Shown here: in pieces, positions 38,904 to 53,978 of the stretch
Numbering within the stretch: the first letter of the stretch is position 1
Layout of the letters: every line of letters begins with the position of its first letter
Source of the DNA: Octopus vulgaris
Taxonomy: Eukaryota
Reading direction: 5' to 3'
Assembly (NCBI GenBank): GCA_951406725.2
Contig: OX597825.1
Coordinates: 51,584,001 to 51,648,000 of the forward strand
DNA length: 64,000 bases
The notes under the pieces: model-generated
What the model was told of the DNA's origin: nothing
The model's database searches: none
Seen by the model: only the letters and a program-made list of their open reading frames with translations
Made by a program: the position numbers and the translations under genes

Positions 38904-40744
38904 CATTATTATTATTATTAATATTATTGTTGTTGTTATTAAATAAAGAAATCATTGCTTTTATTTGTGATATTACTTTCCTGGATATTTGACATTCTCT
39001 TTATTTTTCTTTTTTTTTTTTTGAAACCTCAATCTATAAAATTGTTTTGATTTAAGTTGTGATTTATCGACTTTTTACTGCACCAAATATGAATAAATAA
39101 TCCGATGAAACCATGCCACTGGTAGATTGCAACATGGCTGTTAGACTTTGACTAAAAATTCTACGCATATTTTGCATAACTAATGGCTGTAGAACGTGTT
39201 GTTTAGTGCCATTACTGTCTCAGAGATATGGTCAGTAGGAAACTCTTGATATATCGTAATAAAAGTAAAACCAATAATCACATTATTATGGTTGATTAAA
39301 ATATTTATCGTTATAAGATTCTAAGAATTCTATAGTCACCGTAGCTGTTTTCAGATTTCTTTGACGTAAAGTGATGAGAGAGAAGATACACTCTGTATAA
39401 CACTTCGTTAAGTCGTCAGTAGTATGATCAAAATTTTTCTACAACACGTTTTCGATCTACTCCACTATATATAGTATATTTTTCGACAGAGATTTTAAAT
39501 TATAATCAACAATTACAGGTTGGTGGATTGAGACTTCGAATCTCTCTAGAGATTTATACAAGCCAGCCGAGGATAAGCATTAAAATTCCTGGATCTTTGA
39601 AAACCAAGCCTGCTCGATAGAAATTGTGCGCTTTAATATTATTTTTTTTTCCGAAAGATATGCAGGAAATTTAGTCAGAAAACAATATGCCAGCAAGAGA
39701 AATAGAAGGATCTAATCTGAATTCTTGCGGCAGAATTAACTTTTCTAAAGGCGGCATGTCTACCGCTACAACACAAATATGGCTAAAATATTGAGAATAT
39801 TAAGATTATTAATTTTCGGACTATTAAACGCTTCTAGAGACGAAGTTATGCTTCAGTCGGTTTGATGTCCAAAAAGTCGTAAATAGTCTTGTTCTTGAAT
39901 ATATACATAATGACGAGGGTGGCGACTGAATTAGAAAAGCAATGTAGACGGAAATTATAAAAAGGAAACGAATCTTGCGTTTCTACTGACGGAGTTAATA
40001 ATCCAAAACAAAACGTTAATTAGAACTCTGCACCAGACGTTTAAACATGTCAGACAGCATGGTTATTTGAACAAGAAATAATTTCACTAAATGAAAACGC
40101 AAGATACACCGATTAACCTTTTAACTCTGTATTTTATGTCACAAAAATTTACCGATACCCTAAGAAATTGTGACATACAAAAATGTTACATTGATTATTA
40201 TCCGTCGATACTTATATTTTTCTGTGGTTTTCTTGTTGTTAGTGTTTCGCCCACCACTATGACTACTCCGTCTTTTCTGTATGAGTACCTCATTATAGAA
40301 AAGTTACGTTTTCTAAGACTGTAGAGCAATAGTTGTGTGACATCTAGCAGCTACTTTCAACAGGTCAAATATCATTTAGAGCTTCTATCGTTGGTTTCAT
40401 AATACTATTGTTTGGGAGCGGTATTTTAGAATACATTGTATGACAGTTTGCTGTGTTTTAATAACTATATAAGGAAAACCTATAAAACTGTATGTATATC
40501 TGTGATGTTACTGAGTTATATTTTGGTATTCTTTGTTGATGTGTTTATGTCTAAATGTTATTCCTTTAAATCTTTAGTTTTCACTGTCGATATATTTCTG
40601 TTGCCTTTGTACCTTGCGGTTCTGCTTCAATATTCTCATTTAACTGGGTAAACTTGACCACTACTTCACACACACAAACACACATACACACACACACTAC
40701 ACACACATTCACTCTATTCTTTTAGTTATTTTAATAATTTGAAT

Positions 40745-41145
40745 GCTGGAGCAGCACATTGAAGAGTTTTTGTTGAACAACTAGACCCCAAGACTTATTT
40801 TATTTAAAAGCCTAGTACTTGTCCTATTTGTCTCTTTTGCCGAAATGCCAAGTTACGAGGATGTAAACACACCAACACGGATTGTCAAGCGGTGAGGAAC
40901 GAACACAGACACAAAGACACACACACGAACACAGTCACAAAGATACATACACACACACGCACACACACATACACACATATAGGACGGGCTTCTTTCAGTT
41001 TCAGTCTACCAAATCCACTCACAAATTTTGATCGACCCGAGTGTTTTAGTAGAAAACACTGAACCAAGTTACCACGCAATGGGACTGAACCCATAACCAT
41101 GTAGTTGGAAAGCAAGCTTCTTATCACAGAGCCCCACCAGCGCCT
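40745..41145 (-). mobile_element. tRNA-derived SINE family A
   Basis: Colinear with the reverse complement of 62101-62512. Confidence 0.85.
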
Positions 41146-41345
41146 ATATTTATGTATTTAAAATTTCCTTGTAAAGTATTATATATATATATTTCGGGAG
41201 TGTTCTTGTAAGATCTGATTCTTTGAAGTTTTCTGTTGATATACTGGTGGGAAATCCAAATCTAAAATACCTACTTATGTTAACGTCAGTCCTACTAATT
41301 TACATATATGTATGTGTACGTGAGTACTCATGTCTGCTTAGATCC

Positions 41346-41448
<103 letters not shown>

Positions 41449-42879
41449 CATATATATATATATTTTTAAAGCCTAAAGTAGCCATAAGTAGTTTGGAACA
41501 ATGTGGTGAGAAGTGCATTGCTCAAGGGTGCAATGTCCTATCTGTCTGACAGGGTCCAATTGGTTGAAGGATAAAATCTTAATCCAGTGTCTCTCTTTTG
41601 GCATAACGTCTACAGCTGGATATATATATATATATGTATGTATGTTTGTATGTATGTATGTATGTATGTATGTTTGTTTGTTTGTTTGTTTGTATGTATG
41701 TATGTGTGTATATATGTATGCATGCTTGCATGTATTATATGTGTATGTGCAAATTAATGAAAAAACTAAAAGTGATCAACTGCTGAGTGGATTGAACCAC
41801 AACAACCACCTTTCATGACTCATCTAATCACATTTTAATCCTCTACAAGCAAATTTTAAAAACACAAGGGAAAATTATTAGCCTAAAATAACTATTGTCC
41901 TGTGACTTAAAATCTATAATGGAGTCGCTTATGTCATCTAGATATTTTTAATTCTCCTGCTATTAAAATTTGTTGTACAGGTGTGCATTGTAAATATATA
42001 TATAAAAGAAGTAACTAATTTTAGTTTTCTGACATCTGTAAACGATATGTGAAAGTGATTTTTTTGTAATGTGCTTCGGGACAAATTGAATTAGGGAACG
42101 AGAGAAAGAGAATTTGCAAATGTAATGATGTAATTCATTCTATAAAATATAAAAATAGCTTTAAAAAATAGTATCAAAGTATTTTTAAAACATGCAAATA
42201 AATGTTAATTTATACAAAACGTATGTCTCTTTTACAAAAAATATTCCCAACCATGTAATATGGTAATATTAATAATTAGTAAGGAATGTATTGAAGGTAT
42301 AAATATTAAGAATATTCATATATTTTCAGCTTAAAGGATAGAGGATATAATTTATGGTCAATTAGGTTCCCATGGAGACTGCTTTCACTCTAAGGCAATT
42401 GAGATTCCTCGACTTAAGCTGATTTGGTTGTTTGACTGAGCCTGTAAACAAGAAAGACAGGACAAAATAGAATTTAGCTCAATGGAAGAAACAATATATA
42501 AGAATTCAAATATAGTTACACTGCGATGGCAAGGTTAAAAAAATTTGCTGGAAGCGCAAGAAAAACTGTTGCACATTACAAAAGTGAATTGCAATTAGGA
42601 TATTATTTATGGGGTTTTAACAAATGTCATGTTAAACTTCTAATTAAAATATCGCATGCTATTAAAATATTCTATGTTACATTAAGTAGTGATATCATGC
42701 TTTTGTATAATATTCTCTGTATTTTCGTTTTATGTAAAAACATATTTCGTACAAGTTTATTAAATGAATAATAAATTTAGATGCTTTTCTCGTTGTTTTC
42801 GCTGGTGATAGGTGAGCGAAAGAAGTAAAAAGTAGATATAAATATAAGTTGGATGCATACACGTGTGTGTGTTTGTATG

Positions 42880-42941
<62 letters not shown>

Positions 42942-43043
42942 CACGCATAATTTTAAAATAGGATAAAATCTTTATAAGTAATTATCAAGTAGTTAGCGTG
43001 AAAAAAGAAGTCAAATCAAATAATGAATGTTTGTAATAATTTA

Positions 43044-43116
43044 ATACATACGTTTCATATGATTGCGTAAAACACAATTGGAAATACATTTCTTACACAA
43101 CAACTTCTTCAGTTAA
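43044..43116 (-). ncRNA. Hammerhead-like motif with a long stem II, in a decayed Penelope-like end (~42945-43480)
   Basis: CUGAAGA..UUGUGUAAG/UUUACGCAA..GAAAC GUA with an ACGU palindromic stem III; stem I is poor; the element ends in (TA)n. Confidence 0.5.
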
Positions 43117-44129
43117 TAAATTTCAATGTCAGGGTGTCACTCAAAAACACTCCCCAGCTGCGTTGCTGAGGGATGGCGGCCATCTTGGATTTCCTTGAAT
43201 TCGCGTCAAAGATGGAAAGTCACCTGAAAACAAAAAAAAAATATTATTGTTATGGGATCTGTGAACACCATATCTATCAAAACATATTTGAATTACTTTA
43301 GATACCATAGCCTCATGAATCAAGAAGTGTTTTTGTAGACAACCGGTATTATAACCTATAAGGCTTGATCCTAGTGCAAACTAAGCTGTACCGACTTGAT
43401 TTACGCGGAGAATCTAACAAAGTTTGAGTGTACTCTCTTCTTTCTGAGTCAACTCGAAAATTGTGGTAAAGTGTATCGCTTCTAAGCATAATACGATAGA
43501 CAAATATGCATGTGTGTGTATGTGCCTGAGCGCGTGCGCGTGTAATGTTATGATAGAGGTTCTTGATGCATATAAATCTATATATACTAGCATGTAAATA
43601 TTTTATTGGATTGGAAAATATTTTAGTGCCTGTTTTTCTGTCTGTTTCTGTTTGTTTGGTAACATAAAAGGCAGGGTGCTTCAGCTTCGCATTACTTATT
43701 TCTGTTGCTCTTAGTTCAATCCTAACAGGAAGTCTTTTACATCCTCTCGACAGCAATAACGTAACTACCATTGATATAGGGATATCGATTCTATTGTCCA
43801 TGTATCTCATCATTAAGACACTGATTTCGTGGAAAGGAGAGATATGTTGGATAACTGCGCTAAATTACAAACATTTCATTTTATCATTTCCACTTGACTC
43901 TGCTATTAATATATCGTTTGAGGTATATGTCATTGACTGTGTACTTCACCACTAGAAACATTTTGGAGTTACTACAGAAATCGCAGTGGAATTATCAGTT
44001 GTCGCAGTTAAACTGTTAAGGACAGGAAAATGATAAATTAAGAAAATGATACGGATTTCATTCTCGATTCGTACTCACACATACACACTGAAGCACACAT
44101 GTCTGTCTGTATGTATGTTTGCATATATA

Positions 44130-44210
<81 letters not shown>

Positions 44211-44929
44211 GGGGGGGGGGGTAATTCATATACAGCTTAATCGTATACCGTGATACGAATCCACCAGTTTCTACATTTTATGAGGAAACATATACTAATA
44301 ATTTGCGATAAAATAAATATTTCATTTAGAATGAGCACTTGTGTGCCCAGAGTATTGCTATACTCCGTCACCGAATGTAGGAATCTATGTCTCATCAGTC
44401 GGTGAAGCAGCTCCGTAGATGTTTCGGCTCCTTCTATTGCGGCAGTAGAGTTGCACCTAGCCACCCACTGATATAGGCAAGAAAACTCTTACACAACAAC
44501 TTTGCTGAGTCAGAATGTCCTGCCAGTCTCAATGCGCGTTCTTACTGCACAACTCGTCCTTTCTTTCCAGTTTAATAATCAAAGAGGCGAGATCGCTTGA
44601 AGCAATACTTAATAAGCTATTTTTCTGCCATACAACTGAACTGTAGCAAAGCCACAACACGTGATCAAATAATCCAAAACATTATTCACTTTGTCAGTTA
44701 ACCACATGGAACACTAAGAGTGTAAAATGATACTAAACCATTAATCTCCAGAGATTTATTTTCTTTCTCCGTTTTTCTCCTCTGAATCCTTTCTGTCGAA
44801 GAGCGTAGATTCGAAGCGCCAAGAACATTTCTATTCTTCCCGAGCATCAAATTAATACATTAATACACCTGCTTATTGTTCCTTCACCTGTCTTTGTCTT
44901 TATTTAGTGTAAATTTGAACTATACTCTT

Positions 44930-45077
44930 TTTCTCTTTTACTCTTTTACTTGTTTCAGTCATTTGACTGCGGCCATGCTGGATCACCGCCTTTAGTCGAG
45001 CAAATCGACCCCGGGACTTATTCTTTGTAAGCCCAGTACTTATTCTATCGGTCTCTTTTGCCGAACCGCTAAGTGAC
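44930..45077 (-). mobile_element. SINE family A, 3' part
   Basis: Near-identical to the reverse complement of 62361-62505. Confidence 0.9.
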
Positions 45078-45093
45078 ATACATACATATATAC

Positions 45094-45160
<67 letters not shown>

Positions 45161-45177
45161 TATATATATAGATAGAT

Positions 45178-45208
<31 letters not shown>

Positions 45209-45215
45209 TAGATAT

Positions 45216-45250
<35 letters not shown>

Positions 45251-46681
45251 TAGATATAGATAGATAGATAAATATTCAAACACTACATACTATATATGAT
45301 ATATACACAGCATACAGTATATTTATCAAAAACTATGTAAATATAACAAATGAAGCTCACTCAGTCAAATAACGAACTATATTCTCAAACCTAGATACAA
45401 AATATTGATAAATCGCAAATGTCTTTTCACTATAATGTTGTAAATTTTAAAGAAACAAAATTAGTTGGTGTGCGTCACCGGTTGTTCTAGCCTGATTGAC
45501 GTTGCCATATATTTCATATCTCATAAAATTAGTTTCAGGACCACTTTCCATAAACTTATCTATCGTAAGTCCTATGGAAATAACTTGAGTTATATCTGGA
45601 ACTGTTCGATGAACGTCACACTTCCCCACGTACCTGTTTGACATACTTGCTGGCTGTCATTCGTTTGGTGCCATGCTTCTTCAGTTTTTTTTTTGTTGTA
45701 TTTCAGATCAATTTTGAAAAATATATTAGCCGTATCAGCATAGATTTTCCCCCAACACGTTTGGCATTGTGAGATCTTCAATTTTATTAGTTTGGTTCCA
45801 TCACTCATTCTGAATGTCTGTACGAACCACTCTAATATTCATGTTCTTAGTACTAGCGTTAGCTCGTTCTGTCTTGTCTTCACAAGTAATAGCACATTGG
45901 GATTAGATTTATGTATGACTCAAGCAACTTGTGCGGATAATTGTGATAGAATGCACTCTAGTTTTTGTCCATTGCTTTCCTTTAGTTTATCTGTTTCGCT
46001 AAAACATAGAAGAATAAACAGGGGATATTTTGCTAGAGACTTTAATTTTGGCTGACCTTTTTGTTAAAATTGATGTTGTTCAATGACCAACTGTTATTAA
46101 TAATACGACTAAATGAAGTTCGAAACACTTCGAGTCCTGATTGAGATCTCCCTACCAATGTTTCAATCTGAATATACTGCACTGTCTAAGAAAATAAAAT
46201 AACTTTCATTTATTATAATTTTATGACGACTTAACATTGGAAATTCAAGGTCTAGTATTTTGTTCCATTAAAACATTAGCTGTTTTTCTCCATTGTTGTT
46301 TTAATACAAATCGTAAATCTTTGTAATTATTTTCATATTTTCTGATCAACACATTATCAACACAAAACCTTATAAAGATTACTCATTGATCCTTATATGT
46401 CTCTGTCTTTCTTTATCGACCTGCTGTAGTCCCAAATCATTCAGAATGAAGAGAAATCAAGACATGAGACATTTCTAACATCCATTTGAACATAAATACA
46501 CTCTGTCAGGTCCTTATTAATACATGGGCAGCATTTAAAAGCTCCTCTTTGTCATATTTATTGATATTTCAAATGTTAGGTCCCTTAACGGGATTTTCAA
46601 TTAGACAGGTACATAGTTATGTAGTATCAATGTATTTCATCGTTGTTAATTTAAGTTACCAGCATAAAAAATAACCAGTTC

Positions 46682-46729
<48 letters not shown>

Positions 46730-46803
46730 TTGTGTGTGTGTATGTATATGTATATGTATATATATAAATATATATATATATATGTATATACAAATATATA
46801 TTG

Positions 46804-46861
<58 letters not shown>

Positions 46862-46864
<3 letters not shown>

Positions 46865-47927
46865 GAGTGGAAGTTAAAACTTGCCTCAAGACATACAAGA
46901 AACAAACAGAAAAAGCTAAGCGCATGAAAACCCGTGCTAAAACTGCTGCCTTAGATACTCAGATTGATAAATGGCAAGAAAAACCTCTCAATGGAAAATA
47001 CCCAAAGAGAGCGAATAATGCAGATGTTGACGAAGCCCTGACCTATCAATGGTTAATGGCCTCTGAATTAAAATCTGAAACAGAAGGGTTTATCGTAGCA
47101 GCTCAAGATCAATGCCTACCTACAAGGAACTACTAGGCCAACATATTAAAGAACGGCAGTAGCCCAACATGTCGTGTATGCCGACAACAAAATGAAACCA
47201 TTGATCATGTTTTCTCCAAATGCAGTCTTCTAGCGCCTACAGAGTACCTCAACAGGCATGATAGAACTGCACAATATATTCACTGGGTAATTTGCAAAAG
47301 CCTGGACTTGCACCATGATAAAAACTGGTGAGGACACAAACCACCTACAGTGTTTGAAAATGATCACATCTCACTCCTCTGGAACTTCACCATTCAAACT
47401 GACAGAAAGATAGATGCGAATAGGCCAAACATCATATTGAAAGACTTCAGACAAAAAACATGCCTCCTCATTGATATGAATGTCCCAATCGATATTAACG
47501 TATCTGTCAAGACCTACCAAAAACTGAGCAAATATAAAGATATTGAAATAGAAATCAGCAACATGTGGAACCTGAAGTCTAAAACAATACCTGTTGTCAT
47601 AGGTGTCCTGGGAATGATAGCAAAAGGGGCTGATTGCCACCTAACTCAAATACCAGGAAACCCCCAAATAGCAGAAATTCAAAAGATAGTGCTCATGGGA
47701 ACTGCTCATATCCTACGCAAAATACTTTCTATGTAATCTCAAGTTTTAAAACGAACATAATTTTCTTATGGTTGTTTAAACATTCACTAGAACAACTCTA
47801 AGTACAAAACTAAAAATATGGCACCCTAGGCATAACATCAACATGAACTTCCAACTTGTTGTCTCTTGAAGTCTCTGGGTGAGACTTGGAGCCAACTTGT
47901 ACAAATGTAAAGCAAAAGTCAAATATA

Positions 47928-47930
<3 letters not shown>
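46862..47930 (+). mobile_element. R4/Dong-clade retrotransposon, 5'-truncated, inserted in (TAA)n
   Basis: LKSETEGFIVAAQDQ, CRVC..ETIDH..C (CCHC), RHD, ANRP(N/D)II..D, KLSKY RLE motifs, GTAHILRKIL*; two in-frame stops; long (TAA)n on both flanks, the known Dong-type target. Confidence 0.92.
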
Positions 47931-48013
<83 letters not shown>

Positions 48014-48288
48014 TTTATATGCATAAAGCTTATAAGCAATCATCGTTGAGTAAAGAAAAATAGTCTAATATTGGGGAAAATGGATTTTCCGTACTCATGG
48101 GACACAAACCTACATGTGTTATATTCGTGATAATGCACTTTCTTCCGTCGAAGGCTTATATGACCCAATTTTAGACTATTTTCTTTAGTTAATACACGGT
48201 GATCGCTCATAAGCTTTAAGCTTATAAATATTATTATTTACAGAAATGTAATTCGTCACAGCATCTACATTGTACGCAGATACATACA

Positions 48289-48411
<123 letters not shown>

Positions 48412-48434
48412 GTACGTACCATATATACGCCGAC

Positions 48435-48484
48435 CTAACTGAAGAGGTTTCGGTCTTAAAGCCGAAACCGTTGACGTTATAAGA
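48435..48484 (+). ncRNA. Degenerate hammerhead motif
   Basis: CUAA CUGAAGA GGUUU cggucuua AAGCC GAAA CCG uuga CGU UA UAAG. Core intact, one mismatch each in stems I and III. Confidence 0.6.
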
Positions 48485-48701
48485 ATATTACGACTACCGA
48501 TTGCGGTCGTTTATGATCGCTATCAGTACGTATGTATAGAATTATGTGCGTTGACCGTAGCATCAGAGCACTTTAGCTCTTATTTTTTGCATTGTAGCTG
48601 TTCTAACACTCGCTGGCATATTTAATGATAATTTTAATATGCTTTTTGGGTCACACATAGCTAAACTGCAAGCTAATTTAAATATTTACATAGATATTTG
48701 T

Positions 48702-48761
<60 letters not shown>

Positions 48762-49984
48762 GTATATACATACATATGTACGTATGTATGTATGTATGTA
48801 TGTATATATGTATATATATATATATATATGCGTCTTTATCTTCGTCTCTTTTATATTTGGGCACTTCTTTTGCAGTTCTATAAAACCTTTTGTCTCTATT
48901 ATAAGAGACAAATATTATTTCTTGTTGTATATATACATATTTATATGTATGTATACATATATATAGAGAGAGAGGGAGTGAGAGAGGGGGGATTCTGCGT
49001 TAAATTAAGAAACGATGACGAGTGAAAAATTCTGTAGATAATTATAAGCTTAAAGGTTATAGTTATAATATATATGTGTGTGCATGTGTGTATATGAGTG
49101 TATGTGTGTGTATGTGTGTGCTTGTGTGTGTTGATGTATATGTATGTATATAATATATAATAACAGTTTGATTCAGCCACATGCAAATTAAAGATTCGTA
49201 GGCTTGTCAAATGAACCTATCACTTTAGGTTAGGAAGATGCATCCATATTTATATACTTGCATACATAACTCTCTCTCTCTCACACACACACACACTTTC
49301 TTTATTTCTTTCATTCTTTCCATTCTTCTCAATTTTTCTATGTCTGTCTCTTTCAATACACATCTACGTTCCGTCATATGCCTGTACTGAAGATTTTGTG
49401 AATACATTTTATTACGATGTTTTAATAAATGCCAACTTGAGTTCATAATGACTATGATTAGAAACAACTTTCCTTTCAAGCAGTCTACCTTACTATCTCT
49501 GCTATGATTCCAAACGTTAGATCTTCGTTACAAGACTTTGGACAGTTCCCATGTCGTGGCTCTTCTAATCACAATGCCGTCTGCTTTCTTCAATCTGATT
49601 GACCTAGACTAATCATGTTACACACCTAAGACAGCATCATCTCTGTCAGTTAACGAATAAAATCTATTATTCCGCTCGAATAACGAAATCAAATTTACCA
49701 GCTTTAAAGACACCAGTGTCCTGAATAACACACTTTGCAATCATTCACTCTACGTTACACATTGGCAAAAAGAATGTTTTAAATAACGACAGGAACTTTC
49801 TTGTAACATTTTATACAATTTTAGGTATAGAATTTCCTGGTTTAGGTTTGGGATTTACACTTCGAATTCACAATTTCTCTTGTAGCATATATAAGTTCAT
49901 TATATGCCATCATGTAGTAATGCATCTTTACACATTGTATACACACAGTATAAATATTGTGTGTATAGTTGTGTGTGCGTATGT

Positions 49985-50034
<50 letters not shown>

Positions 50035-50894
50035 AAATGCAGAATGTACAATAAGGAGAAAGGATTAAATTATCCCCACATAAACGTGAATGTTTTGTTA
50101 CAACAAAATATACTCTCATATTGGCTTTTGTTTATATTGCTAACAGAGAGATACATCTCCGTCACCTCCAGCGCCCAGATCACCAGATCATGTTGATTTC
50201 GATCTTCCTTAGCTTACTTCAACGGTGGACGTTCGACCGCTAGATACAGCAGCGATTCATCTTTCCGCCACCGGTACGTAGAATAATAGTGTCAGAAAAG
50301 GCGTTGGGGTGGCGATTAGCCAGCGAACTTGTTAAAAAATATCTATTAGTGACAGAGGCAGTATTAATACAAAGAGGATATATACACACACACGCACACA
50401 CACAGTCACACACACATACACACGCACATACATATTATTACACACACACACACATACATAGTAATTGTCTTCTAAGCGAGTTCAGTTTCAGTGAGCTAGA
50501 ACAAAAAGTATAAATTCTGTATCGATAAAGGAGTGCGGCCCAACCTATTGGAATGTGTGTGGAGAGACAGCAACTTTTGTCTTTCCAGCACAATCCTAAA
50601 AACATGACACTCACTTCCATAACTGTTATCATGGTTGCTAAAACACACATTTTACCACACGCCCAACATGGCGTTCTTACAATTCGTCTAGCAATTGTAT
50701 ACAAATATATTATACATTCCTGCTTGCCAAATTTTTGTTCATATTTTCCCCCGAAAAATATACAGTCGTTTTCACGACATAACTCTTCCACGTTTATCTT
50801 TTGCGTGAGATGACACATATCCATAAGCCCCTTTGGTCTGAAGTGACAGTAAATGTTGTTCTTAGCAGTCGTTTAAATATAATTGATTCTGGGA

Positions 50895-51110
50895 AGGCGG
50901 TGAGCTCGCAGAATTTTTGCACGCCGGGCGAAATGCTCAGCGGCATTTCATCCGTCCTCACGTTCTGAGTTCAAATATCGCCGAGGTCGACTTCAGTTTT
51001 CATCTTCTCAGGGTCTATAACATAAGTACCAGTTGAACTGTGGTCCATGTAACCGACTTGCCCCTCCTCCGAAATAGTTTTCCTTGTGCCAAAATTTGAA
51101 ACCAATATTA
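50895..51110 (+). mobile_element. SINE family B
   Basis: aaggcggtgagctcgcagaa...gttctgagttcaaat...gaggtcgactt...ccttgtgccaaaatttgaaacc. Confidence 0.85.
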
Positions 51111-51477
51111 TTAAGGTCGGTGAAGAAAGTGGGGGAGGCATTATAATGCCCGTCGTGGTAGTGGTGGTGATGGTCTTTGGGATGTTTTGGTTATTATCCT
51201 CTAGCTTCTATTTGAATTATTTGTTTATTTTTGTGCGTCTGAAACCGCGACTGTTTGTATTTATAACTGTTTCCATCTATTGGTTATTTGCTATTTTTAC
51301 ATTTGATGGGAGTGAAAGCTGCTCTGATATTGCTTTCAGATACATGCTAACACTTTCCTTTTCTGTCTCACTGACTCACACCGCCTTTTTCTTATAAACC
51401 CAGCCTTTTAATAATAATAGTCTTTAAAATATGCCGTGATATTGAACAACACATGCAATCAGACATATGTACGCACA

Positions 51478-51958
51478 CACGGGATTGCACCTAGAAAGTT
51501 ACCCTCCGAGGCAAAATCTGGGAAAGGTTGTTTATGGAAGGCCAGCAGTCGCCCACGCATACCAGCCTCCCCTCTCCACGTCACCGATGTTATCCAAGGG
51601 AAAGGCAAAGGCCGATACAACCTGGTACCAGTAACGTCGCAGCTCATTTATTAATGTGCAAGTGGCAGAGCACGCCACAGACACGTGTACCCTTAACGTA
51701 GTTCTCGGGGAGATTCAGCGTGACACAGAGTGTAACAAGGCTGGCCCATTGAAATACAGGTACAACAGAAACAAGAAGAAAGAGTGAGAGAAGGTTATGG
51801 TGAAAGAGTACAGCGGGGTTCACCACCACCCCCTTCCGGACCCTCGTGGAGCTTTAGGTGTTTTCGCTCAATAAACACTCACAATGCTCAGTCTGGGAAT
51901 CGAAACTGCGATCCTACGTCCTGCGTGTTAGCTGCCCTAACCACTGGGCCATTGTGCC
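51478..51958 (-). mobile_element. tRNA-derived SINE (family C)
   Basis: Minus-strand head tggcccagtggttagggcag...gtttcgattcccag (A and B boxes), followed by a non-tRNA body. Confidence 0.75.
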
Positions 51959-51959
51959 T

Positions 51960-52084
<125 letters not shown>

Positions 52085-53074
52085 CATAGGTATGTATACA
52101 AAGAATAATTACGATTTTAGGATTGTTCTCCGGAAAGCATGAACATGTTCAATACTCTGGTTGTGTGTGTGCGTGTGTGCATGTGTGCATGTGTGTATGT
52201 TTGTGTGTGTGTATGCGCGTTCACGTGTGTGTGTTTGCATGGCATGAATTGTGACAAGGCCAGATCCATGAAACATATTTAACATGCATACGTTGGCATA
52301 AACATGCATCATATGTGTATTTGAATTGAGCGAGAAAGAGAATGACAGAGTAAAGAAATGCAGATAATGACAATGAAGGAAAAAAAAAACGACGACGATA
52401 AGTAATACTAGCAACAATAAGAACAATATTGACAAAACGACTATAGTTTTTCTCTCTCTATCTGAAGAGTCATACGCTATATGAGTTGTAGTGTGGGAGC
52501 ATTATGTTGTATCAGTTGGAGAAATCGTTGAGTGGGCGTCTCACTCAGTTTGTATGTATGTCAACTAATGTACTGAAGTATATCAAATGCAGGTATATGG
52601 TATGTGATAAAACACTTTATTATTGTGTATTTATTTTGTTCCGTTATGCTGAGAGCTTTGTTGATCATAGAATGACAAGGCGTGGCTAGGTCACAAATGT
52701 TACTGCTAAAAAGGTAAGAGCAGCAGTGGAAGGTGTAAAACGTGAAAGTGACGACGAAATGAACAGAGAAACTTTTTTGTCACAAATGGGAGAAAGATGA
52801 AATAATTGCAAAGGAAAGTTGAAGAAGAATGAAAGAGGTGTATATATTAGAATATGGAAGAATAGTAGAAGACAGGAAAGAATAGCAATAATGACGAAAA
52901 ATAAGCGAATAAAAATAAAAATGACGGAGGAGAAGCAGGAAGGGCATGAGTTGGATGTGAACAAAGAACAAGAGATAAATCCATTATAAAATTGACGAAA
53001 CGGAAAAGTGGAAAATAAACATGGAAGAGGCGGAGTACGTTGTGATGATACGAAAAACTTGTTAGAAAATGCTG

Positions 53075-53144
<70 letters not shown>

Positions 53145-53197
53145 TAATAATAATAAAAATAAAAATGATAATAATAATAATAATAATAATAATGATG

Positions 53198-53242
<45 letters not shown>

Positions 53243-53978
53243 TCAAGAACATTTGTACTACATGAAGAGCGCATCACTACTAGATGTATTGTGAAGAATA
53301 TCGACATTTCCTCAATATATATGACAAATGTTTCCTGTGTAAAGTATCTTTTAAAGCAACAGACCACACTGCGTCGTCAAGCACTGGCTCCGATAGAATA
53401 TAATTGGACACACTGTAAAGTTGTAAAGCTGTTCTTCACACACGAAGTTATCAACTTTCAACTGCTCCCATAAAAGGATATTCTGGTCCTCATGTAAGCT
53501 TCTGCGCGTATTAAACAATAAATGTTTCGAAATTTACGACGGAGACTGGTCACCAAATAATGCATAATACAAAACTGCTGCAAAAATATATCACTCGTGT
53601 ATTAATTATTGACTGCGTCTTAATGACCATATAATTGCCTAGAAGTGGGTTGAAAAGCAAAAGTTTCTGTTTGATAAAGCTAGTTTCAAATATAAACATT
53701 ATATGGCAATTAACTAAACGGAATGCACGAGCATCATTAGCAAACTATTGGTTGAGCAACCGCAGCAATCACAACGGAAAGTGTGTGGTAGGGAGACATT
53801 TTCAACTGTTCTGATATAAGGATATCAAATCTCAAGTAAACAATATAAAATCAAGCATAGAAAATGCTAAAAATAATAAGATACTTCATTCTATGATTAA
53901 AACAATAAAAACGGCAATGAAAAAGAAAGAGAAACGTTGATGAGAGAAAATGACAAAAACAAATGATGTGTCCGAAAT

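Noticed and set aside
43349-43813. 154-aa ORF as a host gene
   Set aside because: It runs through a simple repeat into a decayed PLE-like end; no coherent domain.
44790-44830. Hammerhead-like gtcgaagagcgtagattcgaagcgcc
   Set aside because: Both core halves are mutated and the stems are broken; at most a fossil.
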